This document shows, in pieces, positions 37,789 to 49,016 of a DNA stretch of 64,000 bases. This stretch comes from Methanobacteriota archaeon. GTDB lineage: Archaea; JAADCQ01; Methanopyri; Methanopyrales; Methanopyraceae. The stretch's first letter is position 1. Every line of letters starts with the position of its first letter. The position numbers were made by a program, and so were the translations under genes. The notes under the pieces were generated by a model. It made no database searches, was not told the DNA's origin, and saw nothing but the letters and a program-made list of their open reading frames with translations. Location of the stretch: positions 352,001 to 416,000 of the forward strand of contig JAMOPO010000015.1 of the NCBI GenBank assembly GCA_027064425.1. The letters are read 5' to 3'.

Positions 37789-38353
37789 GGAGGTCCCGCG
37801 GCTGGAGAAGGGCCGGTTCAAGATCGCCGTGGTGGGCCCGGAGAACGCGGGCAAGTCGACGCTCGTGAACGCGCTCATGGGCCGAGCCGTCGCCGAGGTC
37901 TCGGAGGTGCCCGGCACGACGAAGTCGGTCTCCGGATACCACTGGTCGGACCGGGACATCCCGCTCTACGTGTTCGACACGGTCGGGCTCGCGGACGAGC
38001 GCGGGCGGCGGAGCAAGCGCGGTGTCACGGCGGAGGACGTGGTGGAGCGGCTCGGGAGCTACGACCTGGCCCTGTTCGTCGTGGACGTCACGCGCCCCAT
38101 CGGACCGGAGGCGCTCCGGGCCCTGCACGTGATCAAGCACGCGGCCGACCTTGAGACGCTGCTCGTCGCGAACAAGATCGACCTGCTGGACGAGGAAGAG
38201 CTGGAGGAGCGGCTGGAGGAGATCCGCCGGCGGACGGGGCACAGACCCATCCCGGTCTCGGCGCTGAAGGGGGACGGGGTCGAGCGCCTGCTGCGAGAGA
38301 TCGAGGAGCGGGTTCGGCGAAAGCGGCGGGTGGTCGCGTCGGCGCCACGGTGA
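37769..38353 (+). CDS. Era/FeoB-like small GTPase
   Basis: GPENAGKS, PGTT, DTVG, NKID, SAL. Confidence 0.88.
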   Translation: MKRAKVEEVPRLEKGRFKIAVVGPENAGKSTLVNALMGRAVAEVSEVPGTTKSVSGYHWSDRDIPLYVFDTVGLADERGRRSKRGVTAEDVVERLGSYDLALFVVDVTRPIGPEALRALHVIKHAADLETLLVANKIDLLDEEELEERLEEIRRRTGHRPIPVSALKGDGVERLLREIEERVRRKRRVVASAPR

Positions 38354-38415
38354 GGCGGTAATACTATCATCTCGGGCCGGCGGCGGCCCACGACCACACG
38401 CTGGGGGAGGTCACG

Positions 38416-39498
38416 GTGACCGTGCTCCGATCGATCGAGGAGCTGCGAGAGCTCAACCCGTTCGCGATCGTGGGGGCGGGAGGAGGCGGCGAGAAGTTCG
38501 CCTCGCTGCCCACCGTGGAGGTCGTGGGCATCCTCGATGACGACCCGGAGAAGGCCGGGATGAAGATCGCCGGGGTGGAGGTTACGAACGACTTCGATGA
38601 GGCCGTCGAGGGCGCCCGCTCCGTGGCGATCATGCTCCCGAAGGGGGCGGAGCACCGGGCGCTAGAGCTGGCGGTGGAGTCGATCCGGCGCGGGCTGAAC
38701 GTGGTGACCTCGTTCCGATCACTCCCGCTGGACGAGTACCCCGCGCTGGTTAAGTTGGCCCGGGAGCGGGGTGTCAAGGTCCTCGAGCTGAGCCCCCGGC
38801 TGGACGTGGTCCGCGAGGTGGCGGGGGACGCTCCGGAGCGGTGCACGGAGTGCGTGCCGAAGAAGGACGCCCCTGAGACGGACGTGCCCACGGTCTTCGT
38901 GGGCGGGACCTCGCAGGAGTGCGGGAAGAGGACGACGACGCTGAAGCTGGCCGAGGGCCTGGAGTCGCTGGGTTACACGGCGGCCACGGTCGGGACGGGG
39001 GAGTTCGCGGCGCTGGAGGCGGACGTGGGGTTCCGCGCGGGCTCTCTCTCCGTGATGGACGTGGCCTCCGCCGTCGCACACGCCGTGGACTACGTGGCAG
39101 AGGAGAAGGACCCGGACGTGGTCATCGTGGAGGGACAGTCCTCCTTGACCGAGCGGCGGAACCCGCACCCGCGCCCGCTTTACTTCGGGATCATGCTCGG
39201 ATGCAACCCGGACGCCGTTGTCGTGTGCCACCGACCGAACCACCCCTTCCGACGGCCGAGGGGAGTGGTGGACGAGATTCGAGCCATTCAGGCCCTGCTA
39301 CCGAACGTCAAGATTGCAGCCGTAAGCTTGAACCCGAGGAACCTCAGGGAGCCACTCGAGGACTACGCGCGGAGGTTGAGGGCGAAGGTCTGGCGGGAGC
39401 TGGGATCGCGGGTCCCGGTGAGGGATCCGGTGCGGGAGGCGGAGGAGCTGGCGCGGGACGTCCTGGACGCCCTGGGACTGGAGGAGCGGGGGACGTGA
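38416..39498 (+). CDS. DUF1611 family P-loop protein
   Basis: N-terminal Rossmann-like region, GTSQECGKRTT, VEGQSSL. Confidence 0.82.
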   Translation: MTVLRSIEELRELNPFAIVGAGGGGEKFASLPTVEVVGILDDDPEKAGMKIAGVEVTNDFDEAVEGARSVAIMLPKGAEHRALELAVESIRRGLNVVTSFRSLPLDEYPALVKLARERGVKVLELSPRLDVVREVAGDAPERCTECVPKKDAPETDVPTVFVGGTSQECGKRTTTLKLAEGLESLGYTAATVGTGEFAALEADVGFRAGSLSVMDVASAVAHAVDYVAEEKDPDVVIVEGQSSLTERRNPHPRPLYFGIMLGCNPDAVVVCHRPNHPFRRPRGVVDEIRAIQALLPNVKIAAVSLNPRNLREPLEDYARRLRAKVWRELGSRVPVRDPVREAEELARDVLDALGLEERGT

Positions 39499-39499
39499 G

Positions 39500-39841
39500 T
39501 TGCGCCGCCTCCTCAAGCGCTTTCTCTCCGCCGTCCTCGGGACGAGCGACGGGGAGTCCGAGTCCATCCCGCCGGGGGACATAGAGGACCAGGAGCCGAG
39601 CCTCAAGATCGTCGTCTCCCGGATCACCGAGGCCTCGGAGCTGGAGGAGCTGCTCGAGGAGCTCTACGACGGCAACGTCCTGATCCTGGACCTGGCCCCG
39701 CTGATGGAGCGTGGAGACCACGAGGACGTGGTCCGGGAGCTCAAGCGCACGGCGATCGGGCTGGGCGGGTTCATAGGTGTTATCAGGGACACGGTCGTCC
39801 TGGTCACGGCCGATAACGTGGACATCGAGAAGAGGGGATGA
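39500..39841 (+). CDS. sepF: Cell division protein SepF
   Basis: ELYDGNVLILDL..ELK..GGFI archaeal SepF core. Confidence 0.8.
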   Translation: MRRLLKRFLSAVLGTSDGESESIPPGDIEDQEPSLKIVVSRITEASELEELLEELYDGNVLILDLAPLMERGDHEDVVRELKRTAIGLGGFIGVIRDTVVLVTADNVDIEKRG

Positions 39842-40824
39842 GCTTGGCCAAGCCCACGATCGTGCTGATAGGCGGCGCGTCCGGCGTGGGCACGTCCACC
39901 ATCGCCCGCGAGGTCGCGCGCCGGCTGGACATCACCCACCTCATCGAAACGGATCATCTCCGAGAGGTCCTCCGCGGGGCGATCGACGAGGAGTACGCGC
40001 CGACCCTCCACATGTCCTCCTACAACGCGTACCGGGCCCTCAGGATCCCCGATCATATGATCCCGGAGAAGTTCGAGGACCGCGTGATCGCGGGGTTCGT
40101 CGATCACGCGTCCATGGTTAAGCCCGCCATCGACATGGTGATCAAACGGGCGGCGGAGGACGCGAGCGACCTCGTCATCGAGGGCGTGCACATCGTCCCC
40201 GGGCTCGTGTCCCCAGACGACTACCCGTTCGCGGACGTGCACATGGTCATCCTGTGCGCGGACGAGGAGGAGCACCGGGAGCGCTTCGTCAAGCGGGCCA
40301 TGGAGAAGGGTCGCGGCGGCCGGCACCTGGAGTACTTCAAGCAAATTCGCGTCATTCATGACTTCCTCGTGGAGGCGGCCGAGGAGCACGGAATCCCGGT
40401 GATCAAGAACGACGAGATTGAGCGAACGGTCCAGGAGGTCCTGGCCGTCGTCCGCAAGGTCACCTTGACCGTCAAGTCCGTGCACCCACTCAAGGAGTCG
40501 ATCAAGGAGGCGAAGATTCTCCGGGAGCACAACTGCCGGATGATGGACGTCGGCTTCCCCATCCCGGGCAAAGAGGACGTGATTAAGGTGACGTTCCACC
40601 GGGATCCCGTGGACGAGTGGCGCGAGATCCTCGGGCAGGAGGAGAGTCGGGACTACTTCAAGCACCTGTACTCAGCGTCGAACAACGTGCACTATCACCA
40701 GATCACGGCGCCGAACGAGGAGTCCCTCGAGCGCGCGCTGGAGGCGCTGGAGGAGGCCGGAATCGAGGTGGAGCCCGTCGAGCCGGGGGAGGAGCCCGAG
40801 GTTGAAGAAGGGCAAGGAGAGTGA
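39838..40824 (+). CDS. 2-phosphoglycerate-kinase-like P-loop kinase fused to a 3H-like domain
   Basis: IGGASGVGTST, IETDHLRE, VIEGVH; C-terminal VH..HYH domain. Confidence 0.8.
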   Translation: MSLAKPTIVLIGGASGVGTSTIAREVARRLDITHLIETDHLREVLRGAIDEEYAPTLHMSSYNAYRALRIPDHMIPEKFEDRVIAGFVDHASMVKPAIDMVIKRAAEDASDLVIEGVHIVPGLVSPDDYPFADVHMVILCADEEEHRERFVKRAMEKGRGGRHLEYFKQIRVIHDFLVEAAEEHGIPVIKNDEIERTVQEVLAVVRKVTLTVKSVHPLKESIKEAKILREHNCRMMDVGFPIPGKEDVIKVTFHRDPVDEWREILGQEESRDYFKHLYSASNNVHYHQITAPNEESLERALEALEEAGIEVEPVEPGEEPEVEEGQGE

Positions 40825-41446
40825 CGGCGGCGACGAGGAGGAGTTTCGATACCAGATGGAGATCGCCGACCAGGAGTGTCCGGCGTGCGGTCGGAAGGCA
40901 CTGCGGGTCTACGGCCGGGTGGACGAGATCCCGCACTTCGGTAAGGTCCTGGAGCAGTTCATCCAGTGCGAGGCCTGCGGGTACCGGATCTCCGACGTGA
41001 TGTGCCTCGACGAGCGTGACCCGGCGGAGTACCGCTACCGAGTGAACTCGCCGGACGACGTCAAGGTTCGGGTGATCCGCTCCCCCTCCGGCTTCCTGGA
41101 GATACCGGAGATCGGTGTCGAGGTCCGGCCGGGACCCGCCGCCGAGGGCTTCGTATCGAACGTGGAGGGCGTCCTGCGCCGGGTCAAGCGGCACGTCAAG
41201 CTGGCCGCCAAGTGGTCCGACCGGGAGGAGGCCCGCGAGCGGGCGGAGAAGATCCTGGAGCGGATCGAGGCCGCGCTGTCCGGGGAGGATGAGATCACGA
41301 TCGTGCTGAAGGACCCGTACGGTCACTCGGCCATCATCCCGGAGGACGAGGAGAAGCTCGAGGTGCGGAAGCTGGACGAGCGTGAGGTAAAAAAGCTCCG
41401 GAGCATGATCCTTCGCGGCGCCCTTTCGGGCCGGGAAACTTTCTAA
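40802..41446 (+). CDS. ZPR1 zinc-finger protein
   Basis: CPACG, IPHFG, CEACGY, SNVEGVL, DPYGHSAI. Confidence 0.92.
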   Translation: MKKGKESDGGDEEEFRYQMEIADQECPACGRKALRVYGRVDEIPHFGKVLEQFIQCEACGYRISDVMCLDERDPAEYRYRVNSPDDVKVRVIRSPSGFLEIPEIGVEVRPGPAAEGFVSNVEGVLRRVKRHVKLAAKWSDREEARERAEKILERIEAALSGEDEITIVLKDPYGHSAIIPEDEEKLEVRKLDEREVKKLRSMILRGALSGRETF

Positions 41447-41500
41447 TTCCACTCCCGGGGCGGCCGCGTCCTCCGGGACCCGCGGCCGGGGGGTCGCGAG

Positions 41501-41950
41501 TTGAACCTCAGGCCCCAGCGGAGGATGGCGGCGGAGATCCTGAAGTGCGGCGTCCACCGCATCTGGATCGACCCGGACCGACTGGACGAGGTGGCTCAGG
41601 CGCAGACGCGCGAGGACATTCGCAGGCTGATCAAGGAGGGTGTGATCAGGAAGAAGCCGATCAAGGGACAGTCCCGCGTCCGCGCGCGGAAGCGGCACGA
41701 GCAGCGGAAGAAGGGCCGGAGGCGCGGTCCCGGTCGCCGGAAGGGAGCGAAGGGCGCCCGGATGCCGAAGAAGCGGCGCTGGATCCAGCGCATCCGTCCG
41801 ATCCGCCGCAAGCTGCGCGAGCTGCGAGACTCCGGCAAGATCGACCGCAGCACGTACCGGAAGCTGTACATGATGGCCAAGGGCGGTTACTTCCGCGACA
41901 CGTCCCACCTGCTGCAGTACATCGAGGAGAACGACCTCTGGAAGAAGTGA
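41501..41950 (+). CDS. rpl19e: 50S ribosomal protein L19e
   Basis: [31 protein letters not shown]. Confidence 0.97.
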   Translation: MNLRPQRRMAAEILKCGVHRIWIDPDRLDEVAQAQTREDIRRLIKEGVIRKKPIKGQSRVRARKRHEQRKKGRRRGPGRRKGAKGARMPKKRRWIQRIRPIRRKLRELRDSGKIDRSTYRKLYMMAKGGYFRDTSHLLQYIEENDLWKK

Positions 41951-41967
41951 AACAAGGGTGATTCCCC

Positions 41968-42570
41968 ATGGCGACCGGGCCCCGCTACCGCGTACCGTTC
42001 CGTAGGCGCCGGGAGGGCAAGACCAATTACTACAAGCGGAAGGAGCTGCTGAAGGCCGACGCTCCGCGCCTGGTGGCACGGAAGACGCTGAACCACAACA
42101 TCGCCCAGGTGATCGACTACGCCCCGCAGGGCGACGTGACGCTGGCCTCGGCGCACTCCATCGAGCTCCGGAACAAGTTCGGCTGGAAGGGGCACTGCGG
42201 CAACACGCCGGCCGCCTACCTGACCGGGTACCTCTGCGGGCTCCGGGCCCTGAAGAAGGGAATCGAGAAGGCGATCATCGACATCGGCCTGCACCGACCC
42301 GTCCGGGGCGCCCGGGTCTTCGCGATCATGAAGGGTGCCATCGACGCGGGCATGGAGATCCCGCACAGCAAGAAGATCCTGCCGCCGGAGGACCGGATCC
42401 GGGGCGAGCACATCGCCAACCTGGCCCGGCAGATCAAGGAGGAGGACCCGGAGGAGTACGAGCGGCGGTTCTCGAAGTACCTGGAGCGCGGCCTGAAGCC
42501 CGAGGAGCTGCCCGAGCACTTCGAGGAGGTGAAGGCTAAAATCGAGGAGGAGGTCGGCGCGGAGTCGTGA
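41968..42570 (+). CDS. rpl18: 50S ribosomal protein L18
   Basis: [30 protein letters not shown]. Confidence 0.97.
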   Translation: MATGPRYRVPFRRRREGKTNYYKRKELLKADAPRLVARKTLNHNIAQVIDYAPQGDVTLASAHSIELRNKFGWKGHCGNTPAAYLTGYLCGLRALKKGIEKAIIDIGLHRPVRGARVFAIMKGAIDAGMEIPHSKKILPPEDRIRGEHIANLARQIKEEDPEEYERRFSKYLERGLKPEELPEHFEEVKAKIEEEVGAES

Positions 42571-42598
42571 CCCCGGAATCCGGAGGGGGTGCGAGGCG

Positions 42599-43282
42599 TT
42601 GGGCGCGCCGAGGAGCCTGGAGGAGTGGGAGCCGAAGACGAAGCTGGGTCGGATGGTGAAGGAGGGCGAGATCAAGTCCATCGATGAGGTGCTCGCGCAG
42701 GGCTGGCGGATCCTGGAACCGGAGATCGTCGACTGGCTGCTGCCGGACCTGGAGGAGGAGGTCCTGGACGTCAACATGGTCCAGAAGATGCACAAGTCCG
42801 GTCGGCGAGTCCGGTTCCGCGTGACCGTCGTGGTCGGCAACCGCGACGGCTACGTCGGCGTGGGTCAGGGTAAGGCCCGGGAGGTGGGTCCGGCGATCCG
42901 GGCCGCGATCGACCGGGCCAAGCTGAACATCATCAAGGTGCGGCGCGGTTGCGGCAGCTGGGAGTGCGGCTGCGGCCGACCGCACTCCGTGCCGTTCGAG
43001 GTTACGGGCAAGTGCGGCAGCGTCCGGATCACGCTGAAGCCGGCCCCGCGGGGCACGGGCCTGGTGGCGGGTGAGGCGGCGCAGAAGGTGCTCGAGATGG
43101 CGGGCATTGAGGACGTCTGGACGAAGACCACGGGCGGCAAGGGCAAGGGTGAGACGCGGACGACGATCAACTTCGCGAAGGCCACGTTCGACGCGCTGCG
43201 GAACCTGATCTACATGCGGATGCGGCCCGAGGAGGCGGAGCGGCTGGGCATCGTGAGCGGCCGCGCCGAGGAGGGGGCGTAG
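42599..43282 (+). CDS. rps5: 30S ribosomal protein S5
   Basis: [35 protein letters not shown]. Confidence 0.97.
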   Translation: MGAPRSLEEWEPKTKLGRMVKEGEIKSIDEVLAQGWRILEPEIVDWLLPDLEEEVLDVNMVQKMHKSGRRVRFRVTVVVGNRDGYVGVGQGKAREVGPAIRAAIDRAKLNIIKVRRGCGSWECGCGRPHSVPFEVTGKCGSVRITLKPAPRGTGLVAGEAAQKVLEMAGIEDVWTKTTGGKGKGETRTTINFAKATFDALRNLIYMRMRPEEAERLGIVSGRAEEGA

Positions 43283-43285
43283 GCC

Positions 43286-43879
43286 TTGGTCGCCACCGGC
43301 AAGCTCGACCTGAAGCACGAGACCGCGAGCGAGGCGGCGAAGAAGCGCGCGAAGACGGGAGAGGGCGTCAAGGTCAGCCCGGACGCCCGGGAGTACGAGC
43401 GTGCCACCAAGCGCCTCGCGGTGGTCCGGGTGCGCGGCCGGGTCGGCGTCCGGTACGACATCGAGGACACCATGAAGATGCTCAAGCTGCTGCGGCGGAA
43501 CTGGTGCGTGCTCATCGACGACCGGCCCAGCTACCTGGGCATGCTGCAGAAGATCAAGGACTACGTGACCTGGGGCGAGGTCAAGCCGGAGGTCGTGGCC
43601 GAGCTGCTCCGGAAGCGGGGTGAGCTGGAGGGCGGCAAGCCCGTGACCGACGAGTACATCGCCGAGCACACGGACTACGACAGCATCGACGAGTTCGCGG
43701 AGGCGTACTGCAACTTCGAGGCGGAGCTGGACGACATCCCGAAGCTGAAGCCGTTCTTCCGCCTGCACCCACCGCGCGGCGGCTACGAGCGCGGCGGGAT
43801 CAAGAAGCCGTTCGTGCTGGGCGGTGCACTGGGCTACCGCGGCGAGCACATCAACGACCTGCTGATGAGGATGATCTGA
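43286..43879 (+). CDS. rpl30: 50S ribosomal protein L30 (N-terminal extension)
   Basis: [30 protein letters not shown]. Confidence 0.95.
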   Translation: MVATGKLDLKHETASEAAKKRAKTGEGVKVSPDAREYERATKRLAVVRVRGRVGVRYDIEDTMKMLKLLRRNWCVLIDDRPSYLGMLQKIKDYVTWGEVKPEVVAELLRKRGELEGGKPVTDEYIAEHTDYDSIDEFAEAYCNFEAELDDIPKLKPFFRLHPPRGGYERGGIKKPFVLGGALGYRGEHINDLLMRMI

Positions 43880-43892
43880 GGGGGTCCCGGTC

Positions 43893-44405
43893 TTGGTCGT
43901 CCGCCGGAAGAAGAAGTCGCCGAAGAAGTACCGCGGGTCGCGCACGCACGGTGGCGGTCACCACCGGAAGCGGAGCGGTGCCGGTAACCGCGGCGGCCGC
44001 GGAATGGCGGGCTCACACAAGCACAAGTGGTTCCACGTGATCAAGTACATGCCCGACCACTTCGGCAAGCGTGGCTTCAACCGGCCGCAGAAGGTCGTCG
44101 AGGAGCCCAACCCGATCAACGTCGGCGACCTGGACGCCCTGGCGGACAAGCTGCTCGAGGAGGGCATCGCCGAGAAGGAGGACGACAAGATCGTCATCGA
44201 CGTCACCGACGAGCGGTTGAAGAAGTTCGGCGGCCCGTTCGACAAGGTGCTCGGCGGAGGGCAGGTCAAGCGGCCCCTGGTCGTGAAGGCACCGCAGTTC
44301 ACGGACCGGGCCGTGGAGAAGCTGGAAGAGGCCGGCGGTGAAGCGGTGGAGATCGAGGCCGAGGAAGCGAGCGGTGAGGAGGAGGCTGAGGCCGCCGAGG
44401 CGTAG
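43893..44405 (+). CDS. rpl15: 50S ribosomal protein L15
   Basis: [29 protein letters not shown]. Confidence 0.96.
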   Translation: MVVRRKKKSPKKYRGSRTHGGGHHRKRSGAGNRGGRGMAGSHKHKWFHVIKYMPDHFGKRGFNRPQKVVEEPNPINVGDLDALADKLLEEGIAEKEDDKIVIDVTDERLKKFGGPFDKVLGGGQVKRPLVVKAPQFTDRAVEKLEEAGGEAVEIEAEEASGEEEAEAAEA

Positions 44406-44432
44406 GCCCGGGACCTCTTCAGGCCGCCGCAT

Positions 44433-44441
44433 CATTTTTTC
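44433..44441 (+). terminator. Oligo-T terminator candidate after rpl15
   Basis: Run of 7 T about 30 nt after the rpl15 stop; a separate TTAAAA TATA-like box at ~44470 precedes secY. Confidence 0.5.
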
Positions 44442-44496
44442 AGCAAAACCGTTCCGCGCGCTCACCACCTTAAAACCCGGGTCAGGGTGGTGAGCG

Positions 44497-45873
44497 TTGG
44501 CGGAGGAGTGGCTGGAGCGGCTCAAGCCGATCCTGGAGCGGCTACCGGAGGTCAAGACCCCGGACCGGCACGTTCCGTTCAACGAGAAGCTGTTCAAGTA
44601 CACCGGACTCCCGCTCCTGGCCTACTTCATCCTGTGCGAGATCCCGCTCTACGGCATGTCCCCGCAGGCCGTGGACTACTTCGCGAACCTGCGCGCCGTC
44701 CTGGCGGGCAGCTTCGGGTCCATCCTCACGCTCGGAATCGGTCCGATCGTGACCGCGTCCATTCTCCTGCAGCTCCTCGTCGGAGGAGACATCATCAAGC
44801 TCGACCTCACGGACCCCGAGGATCGGCGCACGTTCCAGGCCCTGCAGAAGTTCCTGGCCATCCTGCTCTGCTTCTTTGAGGGTGCCATGATGGTGTTCAG
44901 CGGCGCCGTGCCACCGGCCGAGCCCAGCCTGCTGCTCGAGATTCTGCTCGTCCTGCAGCTCGCGCTCGGCGGCATCCTGGTGATCTACCTGGATGAGGTC
45001 GTGAGCAAGTGGGGCATCGGCTCCGGAGTCGGCCTGTTCATCGTTGCGGGCGTGGCCTCACAGATCATCATCGGAGCGTTCAACCCGCTGCCCAGTCCCG
45101 AGCAGCCGGGGCGGCCCGCGGGCGCCGTGTGGGCCTTCCTCACGACCGCGCTGCAGGGAACGCCCGACTGGACGCTCCTGGCCCCCGTGCTGGGAGCGCT
45201 AATCACGTTCCTCGTCGTGCTGTACGTCGAGGGGATGAGGGTCGAGATCCCCATCGCCTTCTCCGGCATCCGAGGCGCGCGGGGTCGATTTCCGGTCCGG
45301 CTGCTCTACACGTCCAACATCCCGGTGATCCTGGCGACGGCGCTGTTCATGAACGTCCGGCTCTGGGCGCTCGCCTTCCAGCGGATGGGCGTCCCCATCC
45401 TCGGCAAGCTGGACCCGCGCGGTCAGCCGATCTCCGGGCTGGTTTACTACCTCTCACCACCCAACAGCATAGTCAAGACGCTCTCCGACCCGCTGCAGGC
45501 GCTGGGCTACACGATCGCGATGGTCGTCACCTCCGTGTTCTTCGCCATCCTGTGGGTCGAGCTGACGGGCATGGGCCCGAAGGACGTCGCGCGGCAGCTG
45601 CACCGGGCCGGGCTGCACATCCCGGGCTTCCGGCGGGACGTTAGGGTGCTGGAGAGGCGGCTCCGGCGGTACATTTACCCCGTGACGGTGCTGGGCGGCG
45701 CCTTCGTCGGCCTCCTGGCGGCGGGCGCGGACCTGTTGGGCGCGCTGGGCGGCGGCACGGGCGTCCTGCTGACGGTCTCAATACTTTACAACATGTACGA
45801 GGAGATCAAGCAGGAGCGGCTGATGGAGGCCCACCCGGTGGTGAGGAAGTTCCTAGAGCGGGCGCTGCGGTAG
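44497..45873 (+). CDS. secY: Preprotein translocase SecY
   Basis: LGIGPIVTAS, SKWGIGSGVGLFI, YTSNIPVIL, IPGFR, GTGVLLTV. Confidence 0.97.
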   Translation: MAEEWLERLKPILERLPEVKTPDRHVPFNEKLFKYTGLPLLAYFILCEIPLYGMSPQAVDYFANLRAVLAGSFGSILTLGIGPIVTASILLQLLVGGDIIKLDLTDPEDRRTFQALQKFLAILLCFFEGAMMVFSGAVPPAEPSLLLEILLVLQLALGGILVIYLDEVVSKWGIGSGVGLFIVAGVASQIIIGAFNPLPSPEQPGRPAGAVWAFLTTALQGTPDWTLLAPVLGALITFLVVLYVEGMRVEIPIAFSGIRGARGRFPVRLLYTSNIPVILATALFMNVRLWALAFQRMGVPILGKLDPRGQPISGLVYYLSPPNSIVKTLSDPLQALGYTIAMVVTSVFFAILWVELTGMGPKDVARQLHRAGLHIPGFRRDVRVLERRLRRYIYPVTVLGGAFVGLLAAGADLLGALGGGTGVLLTVSILYNMYEEIKQERLMEAHPVVRKFLERALR

Positions 45874-46461
<588 letters not shown>

Positions 46462-46464
46462 GGA

Positions 46465-47007
46465 GTGGTCACCGTGGACTGGGGGCACCTCGCCCGCTAC
46501 TTCTACCCACTCGTGGACCCCTTCATCCGGTGCTTCGGGCCCGCTCTGGGCATGCTCGTCGCGGCCGCCATCGTCGTGTTCTTCATCGACATGGTGTACG
46601 AGCTCATCATTGGTAGGGAGGAGCTGGAGCGCATCCAGTCCACCTTCAACAAGGTTAAAGAGTACCAAAAGGAGCTCGAGAAGGCCAAGATCCTGGGTGA
46701 CTTCGAGCGGGTCCGCGAGCTGGAGGAGAAGATCCGGGACCACGCGCAGGAGACGTTCGAGATCCAGTCCAAGGTCATGATGAAGCACCTTAAGGCCATG
46801 CTCATCACGTTCCCGCCGATTATCGTGATCATCTACACGCTCGAGTATCGACTGGCCCACTGGACGCTCAAGCTGCCCTTCCACGCCCCGCTCGTGGGGA
46901 ACGAGATCGGGCCCGTGGGCTGGTACATCCTGTGCGCCACCGCCGTCTCCGTCCCCCTCAAGCCTTTAGCCGAGCTGCTGGCGACCAAGGTGCGCGGGGG
47001 TGAGTAG
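46465..47007 (+). CDS. DUF106 (EMC3/TMCO1, Oxa1 superfamily) membrane protein
   Basis: TM-coiled coil-TM..GWYILC; conserved position after adkA. Confidence 0.85.
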   Translation: MVTVDWGHLARYFYPLVDPFIRCFGPALGMLVAAAIVVFFIDMVYELIIGREELERIQSTFNKVKEYQKELEKAKILGDFERVRELEEKIRDHAQETFEIQSKVMMKHLKAMLITFPPIIVIIYTLEYRLAHWTLKLPFHAPLVGNEIGPVGWYILCATAVSVPLKPLAELLATKVRGGE

Positions 47008-47010
47008 CGC

Positions 47011-47376
47011 ATGCCCGAGCCACGCTATCGGTCCCGATCCCGTCGGCGCGTGTACAAGCGGACGCCGGGCGGCCGGACGGTGATCCACTTCGAGAAGAAG
47101 ATCCCGAACTGGCCCAAGTGCGGCGCCTGCGGTCGGCGGCTGAACGGCGTGATCCGGGGCCGCAACATCGACTTCAGGAAGACGCCGAAGACGCAGAAGC
47201 GGCCCAACAGGCCCTACGGCGGCGTGCTCTGCCCGGAGTGCATGCGGAAGTTGATCAAGGACAAGGTCCGGTACAAGTTCTGGAAGCAGAAGCGCGAGCA
47301 GCCGTGGCTGCCGCCACTGCCCGGTGAGGAACCGCCCGAGCCGGCCGAAGAGTCGGGAGAGGAGGAGTCCGAGTAA
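47011..47376 (+). CDS. rpl34e: 50S ribosomal protein L34e
   Basis: [23 protein letters not shown]. Confidence 0.96.
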   Translation: MPEPRYRSRSRRRVYKRTPGGRTVIHFEKKIPNWPKCGACGRRLNGVIRGRNIDFRKTPKTQKRPNRPYGGVLCPECMRKLIKDKVRYKFWKQKREQPWLPPLPGEEPPEPAEESGEEESE

Positions 47377-47392
47377 GCCGGGGTGTTTCCCG

Positions 47393-47965
47393 ATCGGCGT
47401 CGTCATCACCATCGGCGGTCCGCCGGGCTCCGGCACCACCACCATGGCCCGCCGCCTCTCCAAGCACTTCGGCCTCAAGCACGTCTACGCCGGCAAGATC
47501 TTCCGCGAGATGGCCGAAGAGCGCGGGATGACGCTCGAGGAGTTCTCCAAGCTCGCCGAGGAGAACCACGAGATCGACCTGGAGGTCGACCGGAGGCAGC
47601 GCGAAGCCGCCGAGGAGGGCGGCGTCGTCCTCGAGGGGCGCCTCGCCGCCTTCGTCGCCGCCGGCGAGCTCGAGCACGTTAAGGGACCGGACCTCGCCGA
47701 CCTCAAGATCTGGCTGAAGGCACCGCTGGACGTCCGGGCGGAACGCATCGCGCGCCGGGAGAACATCCCGGTGGAGGAGGCCAAGCGCCGGATCAGCGAG
47801 CGCGAGAGGAGCGAGCTCAAGCGGTACCGGGAGATCTACGGCGTCGACCCCACGGACCTCTCGATCTACGACATCGTCGTGGATACGTCCCGCTGGGACG
47901 AGGACGAGACGTTCGAGATACTCAAGGCGGCCGTGGAACCAGTGGTGGAGCGGGATCGATCATGA
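47393..47965 (+). CDS. cmk: Cytidylate kinase
   Basis: ITIGGPPGSGTTT, AGKIFR, LEGRLA; no in-frame ATG/GTG/TTG between rpl34e stop and P-loop, ATC 47393 proposed. Confidence 0.9.
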   Translation: MGVVITIGGPPGSGTTTMARRLSKHFGLKHVYAGKIFREMAEERGMTLEEFSKLAEENHEIDLEVDRRQREAAEEGGVVLEGRLAAFVAAGELEHVKGPDLADLKIWLKAPLDVRAERIARRENIPVEEAKRRISERERSELKRYREIYGVDPTDLSIYDIVVDTSRWDEDETFEILKAAVEPVVERDRS

Positions 47966-48729
47966 AGGTGGGCGTGATCGGAGGGACCGGGTTCCGTCCC
48001 GGCCATCCCGAGGGCACCCGCACGGTCAACACCCCTTACGGCCGCGTCCGGGTCGAGATCACCCGGCTGGGCGATCGCCGAATCTACTTCATCAACAGGC
48101 ACGGCCGCGGCCACACCCAGCCACCGCACCGCATCGAGTACCGGGCCATTATCTGGGCGATGAGGGAGGTCGGCGTCGAGCGAATCCTCGCCACCAACTC
48201 GGTCGGCGTGATCAACGCGGACGAGTATGAGCCCGGCGATTTAGTCCTCCCCGTCGACTTCTTGGACTTCACCAAGAACCGCCCCACGACCTTCTACGAC
48301 GATAAGGTCGTGCACGTGGACGTGACCGAGCCCTACTGCCCGGAGCTCCGGCGGGCGATCAAGGAGGCGGCCGACGAGCTCGGGATCGAGGTCAAGGAGG
48401 GAGCGGTGTACGTAGCGACCGAGGGCCCCCGGTTCGAGACGCCCGCCGAGATCCGCGCCTTCGCCAAGCTCGGCGGCGATATAGTGGGGATGACGGGATT
48501 CCCGGAGGTCGTGCTCGCCCGGGAGCTCGAGCTGTGCTACGCGACCGTCTGCATCTGCACCAACTACGCTGCCGGGGTGGACGAGCGGCGCAGGACCGTG
48601 GACGAGGTGTTCGAGCTGGTCGAGCGCGTGCGGCCTAAGGTGGTGGAGCTGATCGAGACCGCGATCGACCACGTCCCCGACGAGCGGAACTGTCCCTGCG
48701 CCCGCGCGCTGGAGGGTGCCGAGGTATGA
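47962..48729 (+). CDS. Methylthioadenosine/methylthioinosine phosphorylase
   Basis: GVIGGTG, RHG, EGPRFETPAE, VGMT..PE..LARE, TNYAAG. Confidence 0.92.
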   Translation: MKVGVIGGTGFRPGHPEGTRTVNTPYGRVRVEITRLGDRRIYFINRHGRGHTQPPHRIEYRAIIWAMREVGVERILATNSVGVINADEYEPGDLVLPVDFLDFTKNRPTTFYDDKVVHVDVTEPYCPELRRAIKEAADELGIEVKEGAVYVATEGPRFETPAEIRAFAKLGGDIVGMTGFPEVVLARELELCYATVCICTNYAAGVDERRRTVDEVFELVERVRPKVVELIETAIDHVPDERNCPCARALEGAEV

Positions 48730-48998
48730 GCGAGGAGAGGCCCGAGGAGCAGCTCGAGTCGCTGAAGCTGATCCCGGAGGACTACAAGGTCCGCCCACTG
48801 GCGCTCCGATACCTGAAGCGGCTGGAGGACGACTACCCCGACATCCTGGAGGACGTCGTCAAGGAGGCGCTGAGGATCGCCAAGGAAGAGGGACACCACG
48901 AGGTCAGGGCCGAGACGTTGAGGAAGGCGTACGCCAAGGTGAAAGGGATTAGCCTGAAGGAGGCCAAGCGGGAGTTCTTCCCGAAAGCGCTTAAGTAG
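48726..48998 (+). CDS. Small helical protein, possible divergent histone fold
   Basis: ATGA-coupled to upstream gene; EALRIAKEEGHHEVRAETLRKA resembles histone alpha2-L2-alpha3. Confidence 0.6.
   Translation: MSEERPEEQLESLKLIPEDYKVRPLALRYLKRLEDDYPDILEDVVKEALRIAKEEGHHEVRAETLRKAYAKVKGISLKEAKREFFPKALK
48981..48998 (+). promoter_or_regulatory. BRE-TATA candidate for downstream RNA
   Basis: CCGAAAGCGCTTAAGTAG ~25 nt upstream of the hairpin RNA. Confidence 0.55.
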
Positions 48999-49016
48999 GC
49001 GGGCGCCGGGCCGTCC

